A stretch of DNA of 64,000 bases from an uncultured Bacteroides sp. (lineage in GTDB: Bacteria > Bacteroidota > Bacteroidia > Bacteroidales > GCA-2748055), in contig CAZURA010000008.1 of the NCBI GenBank assembly GCA_964622985.1, forward strand, positions 232 through 64,231. Direction: 5' to 3'. The position numbers and the translations under genes are program-made. Each line of letters begins with the position of its first letter. Position 1 is the first letter of the stretch. This document shows, in pieces, positions 45,467 through 55,802 of this stretch. The notes beneath the pieces are model-generated. The model saw only the letters and a list, made by a program, of their open reading frames with translations. It made no database searches and was not told the DNA's origin.

Positions 45467-46204
45467 TTAGATAGTGGCCTTGTAATACTCCCGGTTCAGC
45501 CTGGCAATGTTGGTTAATGTAATCCCTTTGGGGCACTCTGCCTCACAGGCACCTGTATTGGTACAGTTTCCAAATCCAAGCGCATCCATTTTGACTACCA
45601 ATTTGCTCACACGCTCCATAGCCTCTATCTTACCCTGTGGAAGGAGGCTCAGATGTGAAACTTTGGCTCCTACAAATAACATGGCTGAAGCGTTTTTGCA
45701 GGCGGCAACGCAGGCTCCACAACCAATGCATGCGGCAGCATCCATGGAGAGTTCTGCATGATCCTTTTTGATGGGAATGCTGTTGGCGTCAGGAGCACTT
45801 CCTGTATTCACAGAAACATATCCTCCCTCCTGAATCAGTTTATCAAATGCAGCACGGTCCACCACCAGGTCTTTGATAACCGGGAATGCACGTGCCCTCC
45901 ATGGTTCAATTACAATGGTATCTCCATCCTTAAATTTGCGCATGTGGAGCTGGCACACCGTAATCAGGGAGTCGGGACCATGAGGTCGTCCGTTGATGTA
46001 CATGCCACAGGCTCCGCAGATACCCTCCCTGCAGTCGTGGTCGAATACCACAGGCTCTTCGTTTTTGGTCACCAGCTGTTCATTGAGAACATCCAGCATC
46101 TCCAGAAAGGAGCTGTCGGGTGAAATATCCCGTAGTTGATAATTAACGAATTTACCCCTGGTTTTGGGATCTTTCTGACGCCAGATTTTCAGTTTCAGGT
46201 TCAT
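45467..46204 (-). CDS. sdhB: Succinate dehydrogenase/fumarate reductase iron-sulfur subunit
   Basis: 2Fe-2[16 protein letters not shown], then 4Fe-4S/3Fe-4[14 protein letters not shown] and [15 protein letters not shown]. Confidence 0.93.
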   Translation of the reverse strand: MNLKLKIWRQKDPKTRGKFVNYQLRDISPDSSFLEMLDVLNEQLVTKNEEPVVFDHDCREGICGACGMYINGRPHGPDSLITVCQLHMRKFKDGDTIVIEPWRARAFPVIKDLVVDRAAFDKLIQEGGYVSVNTGSAPDANSIPIKKDHAELSMDAAACIGCGACVAACKNASAMLFVGAKVSHLSLLPQGKIEAMERVSKLVVKMDALGFGNCTNTGACEAECPKGITLTNIARLNREYYKATI

Positions 46205-46217
46205 CGCAAATTGTATC

Positions 46218-48158
46218 TTATTTGTAATTCCTTTGTTTTACTTCTATGTATTCAAAATCGAGGGATTCTTTATGCAGTTTGGGATCTTTGTCTTCCCCCA
46301 GGTATTCCCAGGCAGCCACATAGGTGAAATCCTTATCATTCCGTAAAGCCTCTCCCTCCCCGGTCTGGTATTCCTCTCTGAAATGTCCGCCGCAAGACTC
46401 TTCCCGGTTAAGCGCATCCATGGCCATCAATTCCCCCAGTTCCAGGAAATCGGCCAGTCGACTGGCTTTCTGTAGCTCGGGATTCAGGTCATTGAGCTCT
46501 CCGGGGATCTTGACACTGGACCAGAACTCTTCCCTCAGTTTTTTGATCTCTTCCCTTGCTTTGATGAGTCCCTCTTTGGTTCTGGCCATACCCACATAAT
46601 CCCACATGATTATTCCAAGACGTTTATGGAGGGTGTCAACAGTTTGACCTCCTTTTACAGCCATTAGTTTTTCCAGTTGTTCACTTACTTCCTTCTCGGC
46701 TTCATCAAACTCCGGAATATCTGTGTTGAACCTTGGAGTATTAATCTCATCGGCAAGGAAATTCTGGATGGTGTAGGGCAGTACGAAATATCCATCGGCC
46801 AGTCCCTGCATCAAAGCAGATGCTCCCAAACGATTGGCTCCATGATCGGAAAAATTCGATTCACCCGTGGCAAACAGTCCGGGAATGGTGGTTTGCAGTT
46901 CATAATCTACCCATATCCCACCCATGGAGTAATGGATTGCCGGATAGATCATCATGGGGACTTCATATGGATTATCGTCAGTGATCTTCTCGTACATCTG
47001 GAACAGGTTGCCATATTTGGCTTCGATCACATCTTTCCCAAGGCGTTGGATGGCATCCTTGAAGTCAAGAAAAACAGCCAGTCCGGTGTAATTCACTCCA
47101 TATCCGGCATCGCACCGCTCTTTACCTGCGCGGGATGCCACATCCCTGGGTACCAGATTCCCGAATGCAGGGTAACGTCTCTCCAGGTAATAATCACGAT
47201 CCTCTTCAGGAATATCTGACCCTTTCAACTCTCCACTCTGAAGCTTCTCGGCATCCTCCTTCTTTTTTGGGACCCAGATTCGTCCGTCATTTCGAAGGCT
47301 CTCACTCATCAGGGTCAGTTTCGACTGATAATCCCCGTGTACCGGAATACAGGTGGGGTGGATCTGGACAAAACAGGGATTTCCAAAAATCGCACCTTTC
47401 TTATAACACTGCCAGGCTGCACTGGCATTGGCTCCCATGGCCATTGTAGAGAGAAAGAATACATTGCCATATCCGCCGGAAGCAATCACCACGGCATGTG
47501 CACTGAAGCGTTCAAGCTTTCCTGTGATCACATCCCTTCCGATAATACCCCTGGCTTTACCGTCAACCAGCACCAGGTTATACATCTCCATGCGGGGATA
47601 CATCTCCACGTTTCCTTTTTTGATTTGACGGCTCAGGGCCTGGTAAGCACCCAGTAACAACTGCTGACCGGTCTGGCCCCTGGCGTAGAAAGTCCTGGAA
47701 ACCAGTGCCCCGCCGAAAGAACGGTTATCCAGGGTTCCTCCATATTCGCGGGCGAATGGTACTCCCTGGGCAACACACTGATCAATGATTTCATTGCTCA
47801 CTTCAGCAAGCCTGTACACATTGGCCTCCCTGGAACGGTAATCTCCCCCTTTGATGGTGTCAAAAAAGAGCCGGTATATACTGTCTCCATCGTTCTGGTA
47901 ATTCTTTGCCGCGTTAATACCGCCCTGAGCTGAAATACTGTGAGCACGCCTGGAACTATCCTGATAACAGAAAGATTTTACCTTAAATCCCATTTCTGCG
48001 AGGGAAGCTGCCGCAGATGCACCGGCGAGACCGGTACCTACGACAATGACGTCCAGCTTACGTTTGTTAGCGGGATTAACCAGGTTTTGGTTCGATTTAT
48101 AGGATGACCATTTTTCTGCCAATGGTCCGTCGGGTATCCTGGAATGAAGCTTAACCAT
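46218..48158 (-). CDS. sdhA: Succinate dehydrogenase/fumarate reductase flavoprotein subunit
   Basis: [20 protein letters not shown], then [15 protein letters not shown] (FAD-linking His), [16 protein letters not shown], and [10 protein letters not shown]. Confidence 0.95.
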   Translation of the reverse strand: MVKLHSRIPDGPLAEKWSSYKSNQNLVNPANKRKLDVIVVGTGLAGASAAASLAEMGFKVKSFCYQDSSRRAHSISAQGGINAAKNYQNDGDSIYRLFFDTIKGGDYRSREANVYRLAEVSNEIIDQCVAQGVPFAREYGGTLDNRSFGGALVSRTFYARGQTGQQLLLGAYQALSRQIKKGNVEMYPRMEMYNLVLVDGKARGIIGRDVITGKLERFSAHAVVIASGGYGNVFFLSTMAMGANASAAWQCYKKGAIFGNPCFVQIHPTCIPVHGDYQSKLTLMSESLRNDGRIWVPKKKEDAEKLQSGELKGSDIPEEDRDYYLERRYPAFGNLVPRDVASRAGKERCDAGYGVNYTGLAVFLDFKDAIQRLGKDVIEAKYGNLFQMYEKITDDNPYEVPMMIYPAIHYSMGGIWVDYELQTTIPGLFATGESNFSDHGANRLGASALMQGLADGYFVLPYTIQNFLADEINTPRFNTDIPEFDEAEKEVSEQLEKLMAVKGGQTVDTLHKRLGIIMWDYVGMARTKEGLIKAREEIKKLREEFWSSVKIPGELNDLNPELQKASRLADFLELGELMAMDALNREESCGGHFREEYQTGEGEALRNDKDFTYVAAWEYLGEDKDPKLHKESLDFEYIEVKQRNYK

Positions 48159-48176
48159 ATCTAATGTTTTGTCTGA

Positions 48177-48842
48177 TTACTCGAAGTAGATGAGAATTGG
48201 AATGATAGTATATCCGGCCACAATGACTACTGCGTACACAGCTGCAAGGAACTGGATGACAGGAGTATACCGTCTATTATCCATTCCCAGGGTTTTAAAT
48301 GCCGATTGAAATCCATGGATCAGATGAAATCCAAGGAAGATGAATGCTGCCACATAGAAGATCACAAAGGGCAGTTGTTTGAACTTATCCACAATTTCTG
48401 AAGCAAAATCGTGGTACATTACACCCTCCACCTCGATCTCAGCCGAATGCCCGAATTTGGCTTTGAAATAGAAATCCACAAAGTGAATCGCCAGGAATAC
48501 CAGTGTAATCAGCGCTGTGTGGATCATAAACTTGGAAAAGAATGAGGTGTTGGAAAAATTGGCCTTTATATACCTTTTAGGGCGAGCCAGCCAATTCTGG
48601 ATCTGCAAGATCAATGCATAGATGATATGCAGGAGGATGCCTCCGAATAAAACAATCTCAAAGATTTTGATCAGGACGTTGGAACTCATTAAATGAGCTG
48701 CCCTGTTGTAAACCATGGGATCGTCAAAAATGATAACCAGAAGGTTGATCCCCAGATGTACCAGCAGAAAAACGATAAGAAAAATTCCTGCCAGGGACAT
48801 CATTAGTTTCTTTCCAATTGAAGAAGTGAAAATGCCGGACAT
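48177..48842 (-). CDS. sdhC: Succinate dehydrogenase/fumarate reductase cytochrome b subunit (b558 family)
   Basis: 221 aa with five TM helices and conserved His residues (LVHLGINL, LLHIIYA, AIHFVDF, GFHLIHG). It lies immediately upstream of sdhA/sdhB, as in the Bacteroides frdCAB order. Confidence 0.85.
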   Translation of the reverse strand: MSGIFTSSIGKKLMMSLAGIFLIVFLLVHLGINLLVIIFDDPMVYNRAAHLMSSNVLIKIFEIVLFGGILLHIIYALILQIQNWLARPKRYIKANFSNTSFFSKFMIHTALITLVFLAIHFVDFYFKAKFGHSAEIEVEGVMYHDFASEIVDKFKQLPFVIFYVAAFIFLGFHLIHGFQSAFKTLGMDNRRYTPVIQFLAAVYAVVIVAGYTIIPILIYFE

Positions 48843-48958
48843 ATGAATACAATTAAAATAAGTTACTTAAATTGCGTTTCGGTGATAAACAAATATAGCA
48901 TTTATCGCTCTTCATTTTTTGTCGAAACACATTTCCTACAGCAGGTAGTTCACCATTT

Positions 48959-50212
48959 ATGAAATCTATTCCCATCGAGGCAGATCTATTCATCAGGAAC
49001 CGGAAAAAGCTGGCTGAACAAATGGCATCCGGATCAACACTGGTGATGGGTTCAAACGAGCCCATACTGAGGAATGGAGATCAGTTCTACCCCTTTCGCC
49101 AGCATTCTGATTTCTTTTACCTCACGGGTATAAACCAAGATGAGAGTGTACTAGTAATTTCTCCGGCTTATCCGGATAGTACTTTGAGAGAGATCCTTTT
49201 TATCCGGAAGCCGACGACCAAAATGGAGGTGTGGTCAGGAGCAGGTCTCACACTGGAGGAGGCCTCAAAACTTTCAGGAATTGACCAAGTGAAATGGATG
49301 GAGGAGCTGGAAGCAGTATTTGACCGGCTGATTCCCAATGCATCCTCCTTGTATGGAGAGGGAAAAATATTTCAGGAAAAGATTTCAGGGCGCTATGAAG
49401 AGATGGAGCTGTTGCACATGTCTCATCTGATGACCCGGCTGAGGATGATTAAAGAGGCCGAAGAGTTGGAAGAGATAAAAAGGGCTATTGAAATTACCAG
49501 GTCCGCTTTTTTAAGGGTCTTGAGAACCACCCGACCTGAGATTTGGGAATATGAGGTGGAGGCTGAGATCATCGCCGAATTCATCAGGAATGGGGCAGAA
49601 GGGCATGCTTATGAACCCATTGTAGCCAGTGGTAAAAATGCATTGATACTGCATTATGTGCAGAATAACAGTCGTTGTAGAGAAGGAGATCTGTTGTTGA
49701 TGGATTTCGGAGCTGAAGTGAATAATTATGCGGCAGATTGTTCCAGGACCATTCCCGTCAACGGCCGTTTTTCTAAAAGACAACGGAACCTGTATGAAGC
49801 AGTGTTGAGGGTGTTTAAGCAAGCCAGGGCAATGATGGTACCTGGAATCCTTATGGAAGATTTTCACAACCAGGTAGGCGCCCTGTGGCAGGAGGAACAC
49901 ATAACTTTGGGATTGTACACCAGGCAGGAGGCAGAGGCAGCTCCACGGGAGGATCCATTGTGGAAACATTATTTCATGCACGGGACTTCTCACTCACTCG
50001 GATTGGATGTACATGATCCTTTGGATCGCTCCCTGCACTTTCATCCAGGAATGGTACTCACTTGTGAACCTGCCATTTATATACCTGAGGAGGGGATCGG
50101 CATCAGGTTGGAGAATGACATTTTAATTACCAGGGAGGGACCGGTAGACCTGATGGAGGGGATCCCCATTGAAGCAGGGGAGATTGAAGATGTAATGCAT
50201 GCAAAAGGATAA
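48959..50212 (+). CDS. Xaa-Pro aminopeptidase / M24B metallopeptidase (second paralogue)
   Basis: FRQHSDFFYLTGI, DFGAEVNNYAADCSRT, HGTSHSLGLDVHD, CEPA, and IGIRLENDILIT. Confidence 0.85.
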   Translation: MKSIPIEADLFIRNRKKLAEQMASGSTLVMGSNEPILRNGDQFYPFRQHSDFFYLTGINQDESVLVISPAYPDSTLREILFIRKPTTKMEVWSGAGLTLEEASKLSGIDQVKWMEELEAVFDRLIPNASSLYGEGKIFQEKISGRYEEMELLHMSHLMTRLRMIKEAEELEEIKRAIEITRSAFLRVLRTTRPEIWEYEVEAEIIAEFIRNGAEGHAYEPIVASGKNALILHYVQNNSRCREGDLLLMDFGAEVNNYAADCSRTIPVNGRFSKRQRNLYEAVLRVFKQARAMMVPGILMEDFHNQVGALWQEEHITLGLYTRQEAEAAPREDPLWKHYFMHGTSHSLGLDVHDPLDRSLHFHPGMVLTCEPAIYIPEEGIGIRLENDILITREGPVDLMEGIPIEAGEIEDVMHAKG

Positions 50213-51009
50213 TGGCCATGTTAAAGAAGCTCACTTATAATCATGTGAATCTCTATTATAGCGATCGTGGAGAGGGCGATTGTATCGTCTTGCTGCATGG
50301 CTATTTGGAAACGGGTGAAATTTGGGATGAGTTTGCAGGGAGCCTGCTCGACCGATATAGAGTAATTATTGTGGACCTGCCCGGTCATGGACGATCGGGA
50401 ACCTGGGGGAAGGTGCATACCATGGAAGATATTGCAGGATCGGTATATTCGATCCTGGAAGCGGAAGAGGTAGAGAAGGTCTTTCTGGTCGGACACTCCA
50501 TGGGGGGATATGTGACCATGGCTTTTGCAGAGCTATATCCGGAAAGACTGCTGGGATATTCCCTGTTTCATTCAACCTGTTTTGCAGATACGGAGGAGAA
50601 AAGAAATAACCGGGACCGGGAGATCAGCCTCGTTTTGTGTCAGAAAAAGCATTTGATTGTCAATGTGAACATTCCAAAAGGATTTTCGAATGTGAATGTG
50701 GAGCGTTTGTCGCTTCAGGTTGAGAAAGCAAGGAATTTGGCTTTAAGCAATCCGGAGGATGGCATTGTGGCCATATTAAATGGAATGAAGGAGAGACCTG
50801 ACCGGGCTCGTATCTTGAAAAAATCCTCCATTCCCCTTTTACTTATCGGGGGAATGAAGGATAACTATATTCCATTGGAGGTATTTGATAAGATGGTGTC
50901 CCTGGCACCTCATGCTTCTGTTCTGCGCTTAGCCCAAAGTGGACATATGGGTTTCATAGAGGAACCCGGAGTGGCAGCTGATGCGATCAGGAAAATGATG
51001 CCCTCCTAG
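50212..51009 (+). CDS. Alpha/beta hydrolase
   Basis: IVLLHGYL (oxyanion region), nucleophile elbow GHSMGG, C-terminal SGHMGFIEEP. The start overlaps the upstream stop (TAATG). Confidence 0.8.
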   Translation: MAMLKKLTYNHVNLYYSDRGEGDCIVLLHGYLETGEIWDEFAGSLLDRYRVIIVDLPGHGRSGTWGKVHTMEDIAGSVYSILEAEEVEKVFLVGHSMGGYVTMAFAELYPERLLGYSLFHSTCFADTEEKRNNRDREISLVLCQKKHLIVNVNIPKGFSNVNVERLSLQVEKARNLALSNPEDGIVAILNGMKERPDRARILKKSSIPLLLIGGMKDNYIPLEVFDKMVSLAPHASVLRLAQSGHMGFIEEPGVAADAIRKMMPS

Positions 51010-51490
51010 ATCTGGCTGCTTTCCTGCGTCCCTCAAGTTTCATGAGCTGTTCGTCAGTGAATATACTTTTCACCTTTACCCGGTGTTCAGCACTCAGTTT
51101 TTTCATCTGATTAGTAAGAGCAGTCTGTTCATCGATCACTTTATGGACCGCCTTCAGATCTACCTTTTCTTCTGCCATTAACGTCCTTTCCCTGGCCTTT
51201 AACTCAGCCATCTTATACCTAAGAGGCTTCACCAGTTTATGGTGCTCCAGCTTAAGTGTCTTCAATTCCTCCTTTTGCTCTTCAGAGAATTCAATGGCCA
51301 GGTGTTGTCCTGTTCTTCTCTGTTTCTGCCTCATCTCAGATCCATGCTGACGATGCTTTTGATGGAAGCGGGGTCCTTCCTGTCCCTGCCTCTTACCTTG
51401 CCAATCACCTGGCCCCTGGGCATTCTGTCCGTAAGCCATAATGGATGCCAGTAAAAGTATGGCTGCTGTATGTATCCAACGATTTTTCAT
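50987..51490 (-). CDS. Spy/CpxP family periplasmic protein (LTxxQ motif)
   Basis: Signal peptide MKNRWIHTAAILLLASIMAYGQ and two LTxxQ-type motifs (FSEEQKEELKTLKLEH, FTDEQLMKLE) in a helical, charged protein. Its 3' end overlaps the convergent hydrolase gene by 23 nt. Confidence 0.7.
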   Translation of the reverse strand: MKNRWIHTAAILLLASIMAYGQNAQGPGDWQGKRQGQEGPRFHQKHRQHGSEMRQKQRRTGQHLAIEFSEEQKEELKTLKLEHHKLVKPLRYKMAELKARERTLMAEEKVDLKAVHKVIDEQTALTNQMKKLSAEHRVKVKSIFTDEQLMKLEGRRKAARSRRASFS

Positions 51491-51573
51491 AATGTATCTA
51501 TTTAAATGCTAAAACAAATTTGGTTTTGCATCTTAGATGATATAACGATACAATGGTTTAATCTACAGTGGAA

Positions 51574-53241
51574 TCAGAGGCGGGTGATGGTGTCGATGGC
51601 AACCTGTAAAGTGTTGTCAATCTCAGCGATAATAGGGTAAAAGCCGTCATTGTCGATGACGTTCCTTGCCACGTAAGCTTTAATGGTTTTCTCAAGGATC
51701 ACTTCCGAGGTTTTAATATCGGCATGGTCGGGTTGAATACCCTTCTCCTTAGCATATTCCACGAACTGTGGCAGGATATCCTGATCATCCAAATAGCTTT
51801 CTATTTCATCCGGTAAGGTGAACTGCTCCAGGGAAGAGCGGTGGGAATCGGTATAATAGAATGCAAACCGGTACATGAGACCCAGGCTCCTCACCCTATT
51901 GTAATAGAAGGAAGTTTCCGTAGTATCCACGGGAACAAATACATCAGGCATGATCCCGCCACCTCCGAACACAGTCTTCCCGCCGGGAGTAATAAACCTT
52001 TGCGAATCATCAAATTTGATGCTATCCTGATGCTCCAGTTCGCCCCGTTCAATACGATCTCTGAAGTCATGGTAGTAATCGTCCTTTCCATTTTCGTATG
52101 GGCGCTGGATACTTCTTCCAGTGGGTGTGTAGTACCTGGCTACCGTAAGTCTCAAAGCAGAACCATCGGTAAAGCGCATCTCTTCCTGAACCAGTCCCTT
52201 TCCAAATGATCTGCGACCTATAACCAGGCCCCGGTCATTGTCCTGAATGGCTCCGGCAAGGATCTCGCTGGCTGATGCGCTCGATTCGTCGATGAGAATC
52301 ACCACTTCATCATCCTTTAGAATACCCCTTGAAGTAGCATAATCATTTTCTCTGGGCCGGGCACGCCCTTCCACATAAACAATCAGTTGTCCCTCTTCCA
52401 GAAATTGGTCAGCAATCATCGTTGCCGCTTCCATAATTCCTCCACCGTTCCTTCTCAGATCGAGAATCAGTTTTTCTACCCCTTGAGATTTCAGTTTCTC
52501 GATGGCCTGCATAAACTCCTGGTAAGTAGTTTGAGCAAACTGGCTTATTTTTATATATCCGGTAGTTTCATCCACCATATATGCCACATCCACACTATAG
52601 ATGGGGATATCATCCCGGGTAATCTCAAAATGAATAGGCTCCTTTTCCCCGCGCCGGTATATGGTGACCTTCACTACCGTGTTTTTTGGTCCTTTCAACA
52701 TCTTCACGATGTCATCACTGGCCATATTTACCCCTGCTACCAGCGAATCATCGACCATAATGATCCTGTCGCCGGGCATCACGCCAACCATTTCGGAGGG
52801 ACCGTTTGGAATGGTATTGATAATGGCCACTGTATCGTCGGCCATGTTGAACGATACTCCTATGCCGCTGAAATTACCCATCAGAGGTTCTGAATACCTT
52901 TGAAAATCACTGGCCGGAATATAGAGGGAGTGCGGATCCAGCTCATCCACCAGCACTGGCATAACCGATTCGCTCAGGTTGCCCATACTTACCGTATCCA
53001 CATATTCATTGACGATGTACTGAAGGGCCGAGTTGACCTTATTCCCTTTGGGTGCCAGGGAAAATCCGGATCCCGAGCTCATTCCGGGACGAATGGAAAA
53101 TTTCTGTTTGTTTACCTCATCGGTAACAATGCTCCTCACACGCAATCCTGTGATCCAGTTCCCCAACAAAATCCCACCTATCAGGGTTATGCTGATAATC
53201 ACCGGCAGAAATATGATCAGTTTGTCTCTCTTTTTGCTCAT
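51574..53241 (-). CDS. S41 family carboxyl-terminal processing peptidase (PDZ-containing)
   Basis: The ATG at 53241 gives MSKKRDKLIIFLPVIISITLIGGILLG (TM anchor). Then PDZ (GIGVSFNMADDTVAIINTIPNGPSEMVGVMPGDRI), catalytic IDESSASASEILAGA (Ser), and GKGLVQE (Lys). The track start 53346 overlaps the deaminase gene. Confidence 0.9.
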   Translation of the reverse strand: MSKKRDKLIIFLPVIISITLIGGILLGNWITGLRVRSIVTDEVNKQKFSIRPGMSSGSGFSLAPKGNKVNSALQYIVNEYVDTVSMGNLSESVMPVLVDELDPHSLYIPASDFQRYSEPLMGNFSGIGVSFNMADDTVAIINTIPNGPSEMVGVMPGDRIIMVDDSLVAGVNMASDDIVKMLKGPKNTVVKVTIYRRGEKEPIHFEITRDDIPIYSVDVAYMVDETTGYIKISQFAQTTYQEFMQAIEKLKSQGVEKLILDLRRNGGGIMEAATMIADQFLEEGQLIVYVEGRARPRENDYATSRGILKDDEVVILIDESSASASEILAGAIQDNDRGLVIGRRSFGKGLVQEEMRFTDGSALRLTVARYYTPTGRSIQRPYENGKDDYYHDFRDRIERGELEHQDSIKFDDSQRFITPGGKTVFGGGGIMPDVFVPVDTTETSFYYNRVRSLGLMYRFAFYYTDSHRSSLEQFTLPDEIESYLDDQDILPQFVEYAKEKGIQPDHADIKTSEVILEKTIKAYVARNVIDNDGFYPIIAEIDNTLQVAIDTITRL

Positions 53242-53254
53242 GGTCCTTCTTTCT

Positions 53255-53707
53255 TCACTCTTCTCCAACTTCCGGAATATGTACCAGATCGATCTGTGCT
53301 CTCTCCAGAAGATCAAGTCCATCTGTAATCCTGTACTTTTCTTCAAACACCACCCTGCTGATTCCGGCCTGGATAATTAACTTGGAACATTCCATGCAGG
53401 GTGAAGTGGTAATATAAAGGGTAGAACCATCACTGCTGTTGTTGGACTTGGCCACCTTGGTAATGGCATTGGCTTCGGCGTGGAGGACATAGGATTTTGT
53501 CACATCGTTGTCATCCTCACACTCATTTTCAAACCCGGAAGGAGTACCGTTATACCCGTCGGAAATGATCATCTTATCCTTTACAATAAGAGCACCCACT
53601 TTCTTTCGGATGCAATAGGAATTGGATGCCCAGATCCTGGCCATCCTCAGATAGCGCTTATCTATGGCTAACTGCTTTTTTCCATTGACTATAGTATTCT
53701 CTGACAT
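53255..53707 (-). CDS. dCMP deaminase (ComEB/deoxycytidylate deaminase family)
   Basis: The ATG at 53707 gives MSENTIVNGKKQLAIDKRYLRMARIWASNSYC. Zinc motifs are HAEANAI and PCMECSKLI. The track ORF (to 53800) reads through a tRNA gene, so I trimmed it. Confidence 0.88.
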   Translation of the reverse strand: MSENTIVNGKKQLAIDKRYLRMARIWASNSYCIRKKVGALIVKDKMIISDGYNGTPSGFENECEDDNDVTKSYVLHAEANAITKVAKSNNSSDGSTLYITTSPCMECSKLIIQAGISRVVFEEKYRITDGLDLLERAQIDLVHIPEVGEE

Positions 53708-53722
53708 CCGGGTTGAGGATTG

Positions 53723-53806
53723 TGCCCAGGGCCGGGATCGAACCGGCACGATATTGCTATCACTGGTGTTTGAGACCAGCGCGTCTACCAATTCCGCCAC
53801 CTGGGC
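53723..53806 (-). tRNA. tRNA-Leu (anticodon CAA), 84 nt, no encoded CCA
   Basis: The reverse complement folds by hand. Acceptor GCCCAGG/CCTGGGC; D arm GCG-GAATTGGTAGA-CGC; anticodon arm CTGGT-CTCAAAC-ACCAG; long variable arm GATA-GCAA-TATC; T arm GCCGG-TTCGATC-CCGGC; discriminator A. Confidence 0.9.
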
Positions 53807-53851
53807 TATTGTTGAATTACGATTATAAGAACTATTTGCCTCTAGTGCATT

Positions 53852-53961
53852 TTCCGCCAGTTACAAAAGGTGGCGGAATTGTGCCCCCTCCGCAAGCTGG
53901 CCCCTCCCTAAAATGCTCCACCGGAGCATTTCTTAACGGTTGGCCCTGCCACCTGGGCTAT
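53852..53961. repeat. Short copies of the tRNA-Leu 5' segment upstream of the tRNA gene
   Basis: GCCACCTGGGCTAT at 53948..53961 repeats 53796..53809 (tRNA 5' end plus 3 flanking nt) in direct orientation. AGGTGGCGGAATTG at 53868..53881 is tRNA positions 5-18 in inverted orientation, and forms an 8-bp hairpin with TTCCGCCA at 53852..53859. Confidence 0.6.
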
Positions 53962-54177
53962 CTAATTTTCACTATTATTTTGAACTTCTTGCCCATGACT
54001 TTTGCTCTTCCCTGCTTTCTGGCTTTCACGCTATTCAAAGGCGGAGCGAAGTTAATGCTTTTCAGGATAATTGCCAAGCATGTGGGCATTCTGCGGCATG
54101 CATGTTATTAAATATCTTTTATCAATTGATCCATTGTTAATTTTGTTCACTTAAATTCGCAGCAAAAATCTAATCTC

Positions 54178-55737
54178 ATGGAAAAGGAATACAAAGACAA
54201 GGTCATATCCGTACTGAGCCGATTAGGGATCAAGGACATTAATTCTGGAGCCACTACCGGGCAAAACTGGTTAGAAACTCAAGGAGATGTCACCTCTTCA
54301 GTTTCACCTATCGATGATGAGATCATTGCTAAAGTGACTAATGCTACTGCCGAAGATTATGAAACAGTGATGCGGACTGCACAGGAGGCGTTTAAAACTT
54401 GGAAAACAGTTCCTTCACCCGCCAGGGGAGAGGTAGTTCGACAAATCGGTTTAGCGTTACGTGAATCAAAAGAAGACCTGGGATTTCTTGTGACCCTGGA
54501 AATGGGAAAAATTTACCAGGAGGGTCTCGGAGAAGTGCAGGAGATGATCGATATCTGTGATTTTGCTGTGGGGCAATCCAGACAGTTATATGGGTTCACG
54601 ATGCAGTCTGAGCGGCCACAGCACAGGATGTATGATCAATACCATCCCCTGGGGATCGTGGGACTGGTCACTGCATTCAACTTTCCGGTGGCAGTCTGGG
54701 CATGGAATGCCATGATTGCAGCAGTGGCTGGAGATGTGGTGGTCTGGAAACCCAGCTCAAAAACACCATTGACCGCTGTAGCTATTCAAAATATTATCAG
54801 CAAGGTGCTCAAGGAGAATAATGTACCGGAAGGTGTATTTAACCTGGTAGTGGCCAGGTCCTCTGTAATGGGTGACAATTTTGCTGCTGACAAACGGATC
54901 CCACTCTTCTCTGTAACAGGATCGACCCGTGTAGGAAAGCACATTAATGAGATTGTGGGAGAGCGACTCGGGAGTGCCATCATGGAGTTAGGTGGAAACA
55001 ATGCATTGGTAGTTTCGGAGCATGCCGATCTGGATATGTCCATACCTGCCATAGTTTTTGGTGCAGTGGGTACAGCCGGACAGCGATGCACTTCCACCCG
55101 CAGGGTGATCATACACGAGAAAATGTATGATGAGGTGAAGGCAAGACTCGTAAAAGCATATGAGCAAATATCGAAGCGTATTGGAAATCCCCTGAACCAG
55201 GAGGTCCTGGTAGGACCGGTAGTTGATACAGGCGCAGTGGACGATTTTACCCGTGCCATTGAAAAAGTGAGACAGGAGGGTGGAACCATTCTCTTTGGAG
55301 GTGAAGTACTAAAGGGTGGGGAATACGATACAGGTACCTATGTGGTTCCGGCTATTGCCGAGGTGGAAAATCATTATGAAATTGTTCAGGACGAGACCTT
55401 TGCCCCGCTTCTCTATTTACTCAAATATGGTACTATCGACGAAGCCATCGCTTTAAATAATGATGTACCACAGGGATTATCGTCAGCAATCTTTACACTG
55501 AACCTTCGTGAAGCAGAACAGTTTCTATCAGGAGTAGGCTCCGATTGTGGCATTGCCAATGTGAATATTGGTACTTCCGGAGCAGAGATCGGTGGAGCCT
55601 TTGGTGGGGAGAAGGAGACCGGTGGAGGACGTGAATCGGGATCCGATGCCTGGAAAGCTTATATGCGCAGGCAAACCAATACCATCAACTATGGCACGGA
55701 TTTGCCACTCGCTCAAGGTATCAAATTCGACATCTAG
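54178..55737 (+). CDS. Aldehyde dehydrogenase, ALDH7 (antiquitin / aminoadipate-semialdehyde dehydrogenase)-like
   Basis: GEVQEMIDICDFAVGQSRQLYG is the ALDH7-type signature. Also FNFPVAVWAWN, ELGGNNA (catalytic Glu), GTAGQRCTSTRR (catalytic Cys), and EETFAP-like QDETFAPLLY. Confidence 0.88.
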   Translation: MEKEYKDKVISVLSRLGIKDINSGATTGQNWLETQGDVTSSVSPIDDEIIAKVTNATAEDYETVMRTAQEAFKTWKTVPSPARGEVVRQIGLALRESKEDLGFLVTLEMGKIYQEGLGEVQEMIDICDFAVGQSRQLYGFTMQSERPQHRMYDQYHPLGIVGLVTAFNFPVAVWAWNAMIAAVAGDVVVWKPSSKTPLTAVAIQNIISKVLKENNVPEGVFNLVVARSSVMGDNFAADKRIPLFSVTGSTRVGKHINEIVGERLGSAIMELGGNNALVVSEHADLDMSIPAIVFGAVGTAGQRCTSTRRVIIHEKMYDEVKARLVKAYEQISKRIGNPLNQEVLVGPVVDTGAVDDFTRAIEKVRQEGGTILFGGEVLKGGEYDTGTYVVPAIAEVENHYEIVQDETFAPLLYLLKYGTIDEAIALNNDVPQGLSSAIFTLNLREAEQFLSGVGSDCGIANVNIGTSGAEIGGAFGGEKETGGGRESGSDAWKAYMRRQTNTINYGTDLPLAQGIKFDI

Positions 55738-55802
55738 CGCAAGCTTCCCGTTTTTCATAACCACTTTGCGTTAAAATATATACGGAAGAGAAAGTGACGA
55801 TT

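Noticed and set aside
53708-53800. N-terminal extension of the dCMP deaminase ORF (MAELVDALVSNTSDSNIVPVRSRPWAQSSTR)
   Set aside because: This stretch is the in-frame translation of the tRNA-Leu(CAA) gene. The deaminase family sequence begins at the ATG at 53707.
53713-54140. Plus-strand ORFs 53713..54111 (132 aa) and 53940..54140 (66 aa)
   Set aside because: The first begins on the antisense strand of the tRNA gene. Both are compositionally odd (Pro/Leu/Cys-rich) with no family resemblance, so I treat them as non-coding spacer.
53723-54177. tRNA-adjacent genomic island or att site
   Set aside because: No integrase or other mobile genes are present. The duplicated segments are from the tRNA 5' part rather than the 3' end usually used for integration, and the whole gap is only 371 nt.
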